Part shown: piece after piece, positions 1 to 10,794 of the stretch
Layout of the letters: every line of letters starts with the position of its first letter
Position numbering within the stretch: position 1 is the first letter of the stretch
Translations under genes and position numbers: made by a program
Notes under the pieces: model-generated
Database searches by the model: none
What the model was told of the DNA's origin: nothing
What the model saw: only the letters and a program-made list of their open reading frames with translations
NCBI RefSeq assembly: GCF_006345805.1
Contig: NW_021824016.1
Coordinates: 1 to 20,238, forward strand
Reading direction: 5' to 3'
Length of the DNA stretch: 20,238 nt
Origin: Octopus sinensis
Lineage: Eukaryota

Positions 1-10
1 TCCTCTCGCT

Positions 11-338
11 TTATATAAAATACACATATGCATTCACACACAGAAATACACTCAGATATGCACACACACACACGTATATATGTATATATAACCATACACA
101 CATACACACATGTGAGTATATATATATGTATGTGTGTGTGTGTGTGTGTGCGTTTGCTGTATACACAATCACACACACACACACAGATATACACATAATA
201 CTTACATTTATATACATACATATAAATATATATTTGCACATATATAAATGTATGTTATATGTATGTATATATATATATATATATATATAAATATTTCCAT
301 ATATATATATAAATGTTTATATTCATTGCATATATATA

Positions 339-385
<47 letters not shown>

Positions 386-456
386 GTGTGTGTGGTGTAT
401 ATACATATATATGTATATAAATATATGTATATATATATTATATATATATATATATC

Positions 457-491
<35 letters not shown>

Positions 492-697
492 GTGGTGTGT
501 ATATATTATGTATATATGTGCATATATTTATACATATATGTATGTTTATCTTATTAATAAATTTCAGGGTATCCAAAAAATTTAGAAAGTTTTTGCTACC
601 AGTGGTCACTTATGTGTATAAATGTATACTGTATTTTTATATGTATGTATATATATATATATTTGTATATATATGTGTCTGTATATATATGTGTATG

Positions 698-732
<35 letters not shown>

Positions 733-735
733 ATA
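11..735. repeat. Compound (TA)n/(CA)n/(TG)n microsatellite block
   Basis: Near-continuous dinucleotide runs; source of the [12 protein letters not shown] ORFs. Confidence 0.95.
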
Positions 736-1173
736 AACACGCACGTTCACACTAAGTCTCTCATCAGCTATAACATGCACATACCTATCCACCCCTAGCT
801 ATACACACTCATGCGCACGTAGTCATGTGTGTGTGTGTGTGTGTGTGTCATGCGACGTATTGCCGTTATGTATTCTGATTTGACAACTCCTTCAAATTGA
901 TATATGTTGTAATTGTATCAAGCAAAGATGAAATAACCTAAGACTCTTCTTTTCTCCAGGGGTTTTCCTTCTTTCTGTTGAATATCTTAATTTCGTTTAG
1001 CGAGAAGTCAAAATATTATTACCAAAAAGTAACGCCGAAATGAGACGATGGAAAGAAGATTGGTTCAAAATATAAAGTAAGATTTGTACGCTCGAAGATA
1101 AATTATTTTCAATTATTTCGGAATACCTATAACGTTGGCAAATAATTATAATAAAACGATTAATTGCAGACAA

Positions 1174-1270
1174 GCGTGGGAGCGAAGTTTAGTTAGGAAG
1201 TCAGTTTCGTAATCTCACGTTTTCGGTTTCGATTCTACTGCAGAGCCCCTTATACGCATTAGGTGTCTCT
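1174..1270 (+). mobile_element. Degenerate 5' head of tRNA-derived SINE (family A-like)
   Basis: B-box-like GGTTTCGATTC followed by TACTGC...AGGTGTCT; loosely colinear with the reverse complement of 4560-4649. Confidence 0.45.
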
Positions 1271-1308
1271 GTATGTATATATATATATATATATATATAT
1301 AATTATGA

Positions 1309-1340
<32 letters not shown>

Positions 1341-1545
1341 CTAATATCTGGTATAATTTTAAACAGGGCAAATTTTATACATTAGTATCAGCGCTAAGCA
1401 ATGATGAGGCTAAACGAACTTTTAATAAGAGTTCATATACATATATACATGTGTGTGTGTATGAGTGTGAGAGAGAAAAAATGAGAGAGAAAGACATTTC
1501 TCTACCACTCGTCTTTCTCCCACGCACCTTTTCTGTAAATACAGG

Positions 1546-1582
1546 CACACACACACACTCATACGCACGCACACGCACGCAC

Positions 1583-1631
<49 letters not shown>
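1546..1631. repeat. (CA)n / (CACG)n microsatellite
   Basis: Direct reading of the sequence. Confidence 0.95.
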
Positions 1632-1633
<2 letters not shown>

Positions 1634-2769
1634 GCTTTCCTGTTTCGATTCCCAGCCGAAGAATTACAACAATTTTGTTATGTGAAATTGGCAACATCCC
1701 GCCGTTGCTGGTTAATTTCTTTCGAAAACTTAGAACAACTTTACAACGAAATACCCTCTATATATATATAAACGCTAATTAGTGTCAGTGATTAATTGAT
1801 TCATTAGTGAAATGACTTAAGTATCTATTCTTAGGTACATACATAAATATATCTATGAGTGCAGATATGTACACACATACGTGTATAATTTATTACACAT
1901 ATTTTTCATACGTCTCCTCACAAGCTCAAACACAGACACGTGTATATGTCTGTGCGAGCGTGTCTGTTTATGCGTCTTGTCTGTGTGGATATCCGTCTAT
2001 GATATTGTATAGGTATGAATTCATCATCATGTAATTATTGTTTAATTATTTAACTACATATCATGCTAATTGAACCTGATGAGAAAATTACTTTTGCTGG
2101 TAATTAAACCCTGTCTTGAGATACACTTACAGGAAGGTATCTTCTTTTTCTTTCAAAATCTTTAAACATTTAGCAACTTCTTTTACTGAGAATTTTTCAA
2201 AGATACCAAGTATGAAAATATGTAAAATGAATATGTGTATGTCCCTTTGATCGAAAAAAAACCCCAGAAAAATTTATTTAAAATTTTAAAAATTATGTGA
2301 CTATTGAATTATTATATTGGCTTGCAATGTTGATTTGCTCTCAAATCAAAAACTAAGTGTTCGGAAGAGAAATCGAAAAACCGCTCTTTAAATATAAATC
2401 AGATCTTCGATGTTGAATATAAAGAAGAAAAAAAAGAATAGAAAATTAAGGTAATGAAATTTAAAACATTTTCAAAAATTTCATAGCATCCCGAGAGCCA
2501 AATTTTTAACACCAATTTTCTGTTGTTTAGCGGATTTGAATACTGATCTGTTTTCGTTTGATATAACGATAGAATATTGAAGATAAGATTTATATCGATA
2601 TCTAGTACTCATCAGTGACAGCTTTATAAACACCAAAGGTATGTACTAAAGACAATGCCACTGAGGTAAAATTTAAATTTTAAAAAAAGCTTGCAGTAGT
2701 TTTGAACTCGAAAGGTATCCATTCGTCACGATCTAAGATACTGAGAATTGAGAATTGCTCATATATTTC

Positions 2770-2957
2770 AGATAATCCTTTCTACAACACAGAATGCCTG
2801 AAATTTTCTAGAGTAGGGGGAACGATCATAACAGCTACTCCAGTACTCAACTAATACTTCTTTCATCGACGCAGAAAGGATGAAAAGATCAATCTACGAG
2901 ATTTGAACTCATAAAGATGAATGAAATGCTGTTAAACATTTTGTCCGACGTGTTCGC
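2770..2957 (-). mobile_element. SINE family B (tRNA head plus CORE-like body), decayed
   Basis: Minus strand reads ...GTCGGACAAAATGTTTAACAGCATTTC...GAGTTCAAATC (B box)...TTTTCATCCTTTCTGCGTCGATGAAAGAAGTATTAGTTGAGTACTGG; similar segments at 3158, 3289, 3505, 4770 and 5118. Resembles octopus SINEs from memory. Confidence 0.75.
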
Positions 2958-3157
2958 TTTTTTTAAACTTTAGGTTGTATATATTTATGAAGTAAATTTC
3001 TTTCAAACAGGATTTGATCGGGCTCACATGCAAGTTTCTAATAGGACTTGCCGCCACTATTTTATGAAATATTTCCTTACGTTTAACATCAAATTTATAG
3101 AAGGAAAGAATAAAATTGGTTTCAAGCTTAGGCACAAACCACCATGTAATGATGTAA

Positions 3158-3236
3158 GACGTTGAGCTCGCAGAATCGTTAGAAAATCGGATTAAAATTG
3201 CTTTGAGGAATTTGTTTTTAGTGTTTGTATTCTGAG
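3158..3236 (+). mobile_element. SINE family B 5' fragment
   Basis: GAGCTCGCAGAATCGTTAG...TCGGA...TGCTTTGAGGAATTTGTT...TTCTGAG, colinear with 3289-3385. Confidence 0.7.
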
Positions 3237-3288
3237 ACCCTATCAGGTGATCTTTAAGGTGGTGATAATAAAAAAATGTACACAACTA

Positions 3289-3385
3289 AAGCGGTGGATT
3301 GGCAGAACTATAATGATTTCGGACCGGATGCCTTGAGGGATTTGTTCCTGCGCTCGGAGTTCTGAGTAAAAATTCCACATAGATG
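3289..3385 (+). mobile_element. SINE family B 5' fragment
   Basis: GCGGTGGATTGGCAGAA...TCGGA...TGCCTTGAGGGATTTGTT...GTTCTGAGTAAAAATTCC; shares ordered motifs with 3158-3236. Confidence 0.7.
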
Positions 3386-3504
3386 CATAAAAGGCACGCA
3401 CTCTGGTGAACCCGCAGGCTCTAGTGTGGTAATTAAAAAAAATTCTCGAAACAAATACCAGCTCCAAATGGATGGTGTTGGACGAAGGTGTGATGAGTCA
3501 TGAC

Positions 3505-3623
3505 AAAAGGATTGAAAACAGAATCTCGACCCGGATTCGGAATCAGAACTTAAAGAGAACTTACTGAATATAAGCATAGCAAATTATGTCTGGCATTCGT
3601 TAGGTTTCTGCCGATTCATTACC
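3505..3623 (-). mobile_element. SINE family B 5' fragment
   Basis: Minus strand GGTAATGAATCGGCAGAAAC...CTTTAAGTTCTGATTCCGAATCC...TTTTCAATCCTTTT has the same motif order as the other family B copies. Confidence 0.65.
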
Positions 3624-4392
3624 GAGTTTATAACCTTATAATATCTTCGTGCCGTACCTTTCTCAAACACGTCGTAGATTTCAACTGAGAAAATCATTTT
3701 ACACAGGAATCAACCCACAGCTAAATTCTTCGCCTCTTCTTATGCAAAATTTATAGCTACATACATACATACATACATGTATACATACCATACACATATG
3801 TGTATGTATGTGTGCATGTGTTTGAGTGTGTGTGTGCGTGTGTGTGTCTGTGTGTGTGTGTTAATCGACATATACGATTGAAGTTCTTAGAATAATTTCA
3901 ATAGCGGCATGTAGTAAAACCAGTGAATACTAAGAAGCGGAAATACCTAGCTGTGTTAATTAGTTTTCCTAATTAATAAGAAAGATATAGATATAAATTA
4001 ACAGATATAAAGTTTATGTAACTGGAGTACTGGAGTTATTGGAGTAATTGAGAATTTACGTGAAAATATAAAGTAATTAACGATGGAAGTGATAACGCGC
4101 CCTCCTGTAGTCATTAACATTCCACCCTTCTTCATGCTGAGCCGAACTCATGTCAGTTACAATCGATATGATATTTGTTTAATTTTTTTTTGTTTTGCTT
4201 TGTAGCCAGGAGGAAAAGCTTGTGCGCATGACCCATTACAAACACTCTAAAACTGTTAGAAGTTATCTTCAAACTTGTATTCTGACTTCAGAGTCTGCAA
4301 CAAAGTGGACTCAGCGGAAGTCTGCATAAGCCAAGTACATAATATATATTTAAAATATATTACTGGTACTTAGAAAGGCGCAATAGTAAAGT

Positions 4393-4649
4393 AGACGAAT
4401 GAATGAATCGAAGCCCAGTATTTCCTTTTATAAGCCTGGTGTTTATTTCACCGGTATCTTTTGCTGAACTGCTAAGTTACGGGGGCGCAAACACCAGAAC
4501 CGGTTGTCAAGCGATACGACGGACTTCTTTCAGTCTCCGTCTATAAAATCCACTCAGAAGAGACTTGCCCAGGGTGCTACGCGGTGGGACTGAACACAGA
4601 ATCATGCGGTTGGGAAGCAAGCTTCTTACCACACAGCCACACCTGCGCC
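4393..4649 (-). mobile_element. tRNA-derived SINE family A, near full length with internal deletion
   Basis: Minus strand begins GGCGCAGGTG-TGGCTGTGTGG (A box, 4629-4639)...GTTCAGTCC (B box, 4587-4595). 4527-4640 matches 10146-10280 and 4431-4513 matches 19281-19362 within this window. Confidence 0.9.
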
Positions 4650-4769
4650 TATCCATTTACGAAATATGTTGAATCTAGGGGGGAAAATACCACTCATAAT
4701 TCCTGCAGTCTAAATAAAGCTGACATTCTATATATTGAGGCAGATTAAATCGATGCAAACTGCTTTCAA

Positions 4770-4880
4770 AATGTGAATTTCCAGAATTAATTGAACGTCG
4801 GATAAAAAGCTTTACGTTCTGGTATCGAGTCCCGCTGAGGCCATAAGTGACTTTCGTCCTTCTAGTGTGGAGAAACAAAA
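4770..4880 (+). mobile_element. SINE family B fragment, decayed
   Basis: CAGAATT...ACGTCGGATAAAAAGCTTTACGTTCTGGTATCGAGTCCCGCTGAGG...CTTTCGTCCTTCT follows the family B motif order. Confidence 0.6.
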
Positions 4881-5117
4881 AAAAATCAAGAAACTTTATT
4901 TTCTATCTGTGCAGTACGGTACATTGGGACGTTTTTTCTCTTAAGTTTTAGTTACTTCATGAGGAGAGTTTACGAGCCCCTCAAAAAACAACGTAGTTAG
5001 TTCGGTCAGAGAAAGAGACGAGGAAGAAAACGGGGGGACGGAGAAGAATAAGAAGAAGATGATGATGAAACGATCATCATCCAATTCCATTCTTTTCTCC
5101 AGGCCTTGACTGTCACT

Positions 5118-5243
5118 AACCGAAAGAATAAAAGGCAAAGATGACTCCGCTCAGCGATATTTTTAAATCAAAAAGCGCAGAGAACCGTAACAGACACCAC
5201 AATGTATTCTGTACGACGCACTAATGATTCGGTCAAATTACAG
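5118..5243 (-). mobile_element. SINE family B fragment, decayed
   Basis: Minus strand GACCGAATCATTAGTGCGTCGTACAGAATAC...CGCTGAG...CTTTGCCTTTTATTCTTTCGG. Confidence 0.6.
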
Positions 5244-5667
5244 TCATTAGTCAAATGGTGGTAGTATAGGAAGAGGAGTCGGTTTAATAGTATATTGCTT
5301 CCCTTAAAACAATTAGGCTGTGGTAATGTCGAAAGCCCAAAATTAAAGACCCGGAGAAATCTTCTAAGGCAATAAGGTTCAGAATTGTGCAAGTGAAACT
5401 TCGTAAACATGAGATAAAATAAGAAAGTTTGTTTCAAGATAAAGTGAAATAAGTGTGGACTCTATTGCCAGGTTAACTAGATATTGTGTAAGGTTGAGAT
5501 ATCTGTGTGTGCGCACGTGTGTGTGAGTGTCTATGTGTGTATACACAGAGATATACACATACACATATAAGCATATGGACATATATACATGAATATATGT
5601 AATGTATGTATGCATATATATATGTGTGTGTATATATCTGTAAATATAATATGTGACAATTATTCGG

Positions 5668-5741
5668 TAGCCATGATAAAACTCCGAGTTTCGGACGCCG
5701 AGGTGGAAATCCACGCCGCCATCTCTTCAGTTATCCGGCTA
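5668..5741 (-). ncRNA. Minimal type I hammerhead ribozyme, core intact
   Basis: Minus strand: TAGCCG-GATAA [CTGAAGA] GATGGCGGCGTGG-ATTT-CCACCTCGGCGTCC [GAAA] CTC-G-GAG [TT] / TTATC-A-TGGCTA. Stem I 11 bp with one bulge, imperfect stem II, stem III with a 1-nt loop, GUU triplet; predicted cut between 5680 and 5679. Confidence 0.8.
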
Positions 5742-5774
5742 TCGGAAAAAATGCTATGAAAATCTTTTTTCCGA

Positions 5775-5848
5775 TGGCCGGATAACTGAAAAGATGGCGG
5801 CGTAGATTTCCACCTCTGCATCCGAAACTCGGAGTTTTATCATGGCTA
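5775..5848 (+). ncRNA. Mirror hammerhead copy with core substitution (CTGAAAA; G8 replaced by A at 5791)
   Basis: Reverse complement of 5668-5741 with 5 differences, one at the conserved G8 position; predicted inactive as encoded. Confidence 0.7.
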
Positions 5849-5947
5849 CCGAATAATTGTCACATATTAATTACATTTACAGATAAATTTCTCGACATAA
5901 TATTGAGGTCTCATTCATTCTTTTGTTATCTTACCATTTTTATCAAT

Positions 5948-5983
<36 letters not shown>

Positions 5984-6017
5984 ATATGTATATATATACA
6001 TGTGTATATACACACAC

Positions 6018-6073
<56 letters not shown>

Positions 6074-6106
6074 GGATCTATCTATCTGTCTCTTCAGTGT
6101 GTGTGA

Positions 6107-6137
<31 letters not shown>

Positions 6138-6240
6138 GACGTACACTTACGCACACCCTCTCTCTCTCCCTCCCACTCTCTCACTCACACACGCGCACGT
6201 ACATACGCACGTACACGCTCACAAAACACAATTATACATA
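5948..6240. repeat. Compound (TA)n/(CA)n/(CT)n microsatellite block
   Basis: Direct reading; long CA run at about 6022-6072. Confidence 0.95.
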
Positions 6241-6562
6241 CCATAAACCAATAGTTGTCAGTCCGCTCAGAAACAATTCCCAGACCAACAATATTTAGGA
6301 AACAGCAAATGATATTTATTCTTCCCTTTATTCAGTTGTAGCAAACGAAATAACTTTATTAATTTCATTCTCTCACACCTGTCATTTACAGTGTGATTCC
6401 GAATTGATGAAACTGTCACCTCTTGTGAGGGTCACTATTTTAATATCATTGATGTTTATTTAGTACGACTTGTCCTTCCTAGATTGGACAGCTCGCTTGT
6501 AAACCAAGGAATGCGTATGCAGGGACGGCGATGGCCTGCGTTAGGGACAGGAGGTTGACTCT

Positions 6563-6646
6563 CATATATGTGTGTATGTGTGTGTGCGTGTGCGTGTGTG
6601 CGTGTGTATATATATATATATATATATGTGTGTATGTATATATGCG

Positions 6647-6680
<34 letters not shown>

Positions 6681-6806
6681 TATAAACTATAAATTACATA
6701 TATGTGTAGATATTGTACTCTCCTCGCCGATACATGCTGTACACATATGTACACTCAAAACCATATGATATATATCTATAGATGCATACATTCAGAATTA
6801 TATATA

Positions 6807-6845
<39 letters not shown>

Positions 6846-7142
6846 TTATACATACATATATTTACTATTTTTATATATTCATAAATACATACATAAATAC
6901 ATGTATAATACACGTACACACACAAATATATATGTATATATATATATATATTTGTGTGTATGTGTGTGTATGTGTATATATATATAGACAAATTCATATT
7001 TATGTATCAGTGTATCTGTGTGTCTATCTGTCAATTTATACACATAAACACACACACATATGAATATATACATGGGTACACATGCGTGCGCGCACGTGCA
7101 CACACACACACAAACACACAGACACACAGACGCATATACATA
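6563..7142. repeat. Compound TA/TG/CA microsatellite block
   Basis: Direct reading. Confidence 0.9.
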
Positions 7143-7449
7143 GGCATAAGGATTAAAGTCAACGTGATTCATATTGTTTTGAAATGGACGGTAAATAAGA
7201 CGTGAAGCAGCCTCGTGATGAAATTCAAACCGTTTACAAACTCATTTACAGCGTTGAGTGAAATAAATAGTTCCTTTATAGGGGTTATTCGCAGCAAGTG
7301 AACGAGTTATTCATACTTAAACGTGTAAGGATATGTAAATGCTTATGGCCATAAACACTCAAACATATGTATGCACAAACGTGTACATAAACACACATAC
7401 CATTACGTATATTAGATTTACACACTTTATGTTCATATGTGTATATTTT

Positions 7450-7490
<41 letters not shown>

Positions 7491-7790
7491 CGCAAATGTA
7501 TACCTATATATAATACACGCAGACACCTATATATATATAATACATACAAATACACACACACATATATATACATACATATATACACACATATACATATGTA
7601 TATCAATGTTTGTTTTTATGTTAAGTTATAATAAAAACAACTTTACATGAATCAGAAGGGCTGCTCTATACTTTTGTAAAGTAGAAATTTATCATTCTTT
7701 AACACACCTAGTATTGATAGTGACTTCGAAGCTATCATATGGCTGTCCGATAATCACTACAGGAACTTTAAAATGCTATCGTTGTTAGAG

Positions 7791-7825
<35 letters not shown>

Positions 7826-7939
7826 ATCATTTCAAAATGTATCTACTTGTCGATTTTTGGCGATTTTTTTTCTGTTAGAATCTTTTACATTTATAGGTGA
7901 GTTCTCAATCAGCGCAGGCATGAGATTATGCAACACAAC

Positions 7940-8170
7940 AACGTGTAGGGGTAGTGGTTCTTGGCAATCATTCGGACTGTTACAAGTAGCAGACAAAATG
8001 TCCCTCAAATCATGGCCTCAAATCTGCTTTAAAAGTTAAAAATGATGGAAAAGAACGATACACAGAAAAAGAATTACACAATATGGGGACGTGACAATAG
8101 GGACGCGACAACAGAGGCGCATTAGATAATACGTTTGATCAATCCTCAGGTTGACTTCAGGCTATGCATC
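7940..8170 (+). mobile_element. Decayed interspersed repeat (family D, ...AATAGCAGCCAAAT... motif)
   Basis: ACAAGTAGCAGACAAAATGTCCCTCAAATC resembles motifs at 14518-14538, 15212-15231 and 16278-16300; ends ...GATCAATCCTCAGGTTGACTTCAGGCTA. Resembles an octopus SINE-like tail from memory. Confidence 0.5.
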
Positions 8171-8285
8171 CCTGCAAAAACACCAACACATTGAAAGCAA
8201 ATTGCACACACCCATACTGATATAGACTGAAACTCACACACATACTCACGTGCGTGTGCAAATGAAATTATATGTCTGTCGCATA

Positions 8286-8469
8286 GAGATTAAAGAAAAA
8301 ATACGACGATTATTTTAGTGAAATATTTTCATTCATGTAAGTAGCCGTACTCGATTCTAGATTTTAAAATTATATTAATATATAATTTTAAAATCAAGAA
8401 TCGGGTATGGCTAGTCACATGAATGAAAGTACTTCACTAAAATAATCGTCGTATTTTTTTCTTAATCTC
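8286..8469. mobile_element. Fold-back element, 90-bp arms
   Basis: Arms 8286-8375 and 8380-8469, 4-nt spacer TAAT, 9 mismatches by ungapped manual alignment. Confidence 0.75.
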
Positions 8470-9890
8470 CAAGCTAAATCTTTAATCAATGTTGAAGTTA
8501 ACTCTTAAATCACTAATCTAAATCTCTAGTCACGATTTCAACTTTGCGTTTCAGCTTAAATCCCACAATCACTTTGAGAGGCTAAACTTTAAATTCTCAA
8601 ATATCACAGGCAGTTCACGTATGTATCTGTGTGTATGTTTGTGTGCATGCGCGCATTTGTGTGAAATCAGAATCAACATGGAACATTCATAGGTAAGTCG
8701 ATATATTGTAAAGTAATTATATTATTTAATGCACTTCTTAGGGAGTTACAATCACCAATGAAGGATTCGTCATGGCCACGACGCGATCAACGCCCATTTG
8801 AGTAGAAATTCAGCGCTGGGATAGCCTGTATGTACGTATGTATGTATGCATGCATACACATATGTATGTGTTTACCTTATTTATCTACATCTGTGTGAGT
8901 ATGTGCGTAATAAATGTTGGTTAAATCGCAAATTTTAAATCCAGAGGCAAAGAAAAAAACCTACAGAAGCACATTTGCTAGCGATACGAATCCGAGGGAA
9001 GCATTGGAAACTAATTAGCTTCAAGAAAAAAAAAAGCTAATAATAATAAGTGTAGGAGAGTTGTCACAGGAAAAACCTTTGCTTGCTTTCCCGACGAATT
9101 TATCGAAGAAAGGGAAAGGGACAATAATCATACATGTGTTTTTGAAAAAGTGGAGGGGTGTTCCATAAGCCACCGAAAAAAAGACGAGCTGAAAAACGTG
9201 GCCTGTATTTGGCCCGATAATCGTTCCAACGATTAGGGAAGAGTAAATGGACGTCAGCATCTAGCTTTGAAAGTCGAGGTTTAGGTGTGAAAAAAATGGA
9301 GCTAACGGCCTCGTGACTTCAAAAAAAATGATGCCATAGTATTCGGGGAAAAATCTCGAGGACCCAAGGTTTTATAGAGAGTACAAATTAGTACAACATA
9401 TCTTGTGGTTTCATAAAAGGTGACTAAATGGGTATCCTGCTGTAAAATACTCCCTCGGACGGTAATGTTCTCTACAACAGCGGCGATGATGATAATAGAA
9501 GGGATAATGATAATGATGACGATCATGAGCGAGCCACACGTGCAATAACTCCCAAAACACTTAACATCGACTGATGCCGATGATGATGGTTATGATGATG
9601 ATGTTGAGGCGATAGGATAGAGTAGGTGTAATTCAGTTACGCCCCTTTGCTTTCAGAGTTCAAATCAGATCGATGGTTGGGAATTTTAACTTAGCCCAAG
9701 TACAACTACGCATAAGATGTATTTTGTGACTTACTGCATGCGTTCAAAACATTATCATTATTAATATATCATTAATATCGAGATAATACTAAATTAAATC
9801 TTACGTTTATATTAACATCTTGCCATTATGACATACATGGACTAGATATCAGAGGCCATAATATAATTCGATATGTCTTTTATCTTCAAC

Positions 9891-10283
9891 TTTTATCTTT
9901 CACTTGTTTTAATCAAGAAACAGCGACTATTCTATAGTAGAGCTTTGGAGGGTTTAGTCGACAAATCGACGCCAGTACTTATCCTATCATCCCCTTTGCA
10001 GAAATGTGGAAGTAAATAAACCAACACTCGTTATAAAGTGTTAGTGGGGCACAATTACAAATACGAAGATCCACAGACGTACATATATATATATATATTT
10101 GTATAATATAATGTATATTATATATTATAATATTGAAGTCGGTCTTTCTTCAGTTTCCGTCTACCATGTCTATCCAAAACTCTCGGGGCTACAGATTTAA
10201 AAGTTACCAAGAAGTCATACAGCGGGACTGAAACTGGAACTACGTGGTTGAGAAGCAAGCATCTTACCACAGAGACACTCGCA

Positions 10284-10286
<3 letters not shown>
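9891..10286 (-). mobile_element. tRNA-derived SINE family A, full length, diverged, with internal TA microsatellite
   Basis: Shares TTCAGT(T/C)TCCGTCTA, GGGACTGAA and GGTTG(A/G)GAAGCAAGC(A/T)TCTTACCACA with 4527-4640; A-rich 3' tail on the minus strand (...AAAACAAGTGAAAGATAAAA). Confidence 0.85.

Positions 10287-10356
<70 letters not shown>
10286..10356. repeat. Perfect (CA)n, about 35 units
   Basis: Direct reading. Confidence 0.97.
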
Positions 10357-10360
<4 letters not shown>

Positions 10361-10794
10361 ATATATACACGTACGTATATATACATATGTCCGTACCCCA
10401 CTCACCGTATATTATATAAAACGTTTGATTAACTCCAGTAGAGTTCTAAGCCAAATTTATAACATTCATTTTTTGGCTCAATCAGTAGGTCGCCATTTTA
10501 CTTAGCCTGTGACGCTCATGATTTTGTTTAAGTCATGCTCCACACAACATTTGGGCGTATCTTAAAAAATACCTCAAGCGTTATTACTACATAGATGGTT
10601 GTGTTAATATATAAATACCATGCAATAACAAATACTATGTTTATAGAGGAAAGTAACGCTGAAACGGGTTCATTTCAATGGTTCACGTCATACAGTTAGA
10701 TAAAACTTATATATACATTCAAATGTAGCCGAGTAAAAGAACTTAACACTCACTTCCGTGCGATCAATACGCACTTGCATGGGTACGTACATAC

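Larger units (their letters stand above)
5635..5947. mobile_element. Fold-back element with hammerhead ribozyme; probable Penelope-like element pseudo-LTR remnant
   Basis: Arms 5647-5751 and 5765-5869 (105 bp, 5 mismatches, 13-nt spacer), extendable to 5635/5885 across a 4-nt indel. The right arm continues as an unpaired tail to about 5947. Both ends abut TA/TG microsatellite and each arm carries a hammerhead motif pointing outward. Confidence 0.8.

Noticed and set aside
730-772. CTGATGA on the minus strand at 761-767 as a hammerhead core
   Set aside because: No pairing stem II, GAAC instead of GAAA, and the cleavage triplet is out of register with the possible stem I.
936-1045. Acceptor-like TTTTCTCCAG at 959 (similar at 5102)
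   Set aside because: No convincing donor or coding signal follows; such motifs are common by chance.
2932-3577. Minus-strand ORFs of 74-117 aa
   Set aside because: They overlap SINE fragments and resemble no protein family I know.
4022-4054. Short tandem CTGGAGTA-like units (also a 14-bp pair at 8086-8113 and GTTTTTGTATCCG twice at 17745-17774)
   Set aside because: Two to four degenerate units with no spacers; ordinary slippage duplications, not a CRISPR-like array.
4282-4324. Hairpin with TGA...AA...GA resembling a SECIS element
   Set aside because: CUGA rather than AUGA, helix II register and spacing do not fit, and no selenoprotein exon is visible.
4560-4649. A and B boxes suggesting a tRNA gene
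   Set aside because: No cloverleaf; it continues into a SINE body shared with other copies in the window.
8660-8830. AG/GTAAGT donor at 8693 and TTCTTAG acceptor at 8741
   Set aside because: The intron would be only 49 nt and all downstream frames stop within about 21 codons.
8900-9480. About 580 bp of complex sequence as a possible exon or LINE fragment
   Set aside because: The frames I translated gave no recognisable motif; left unassigned pending a repeat-library search.
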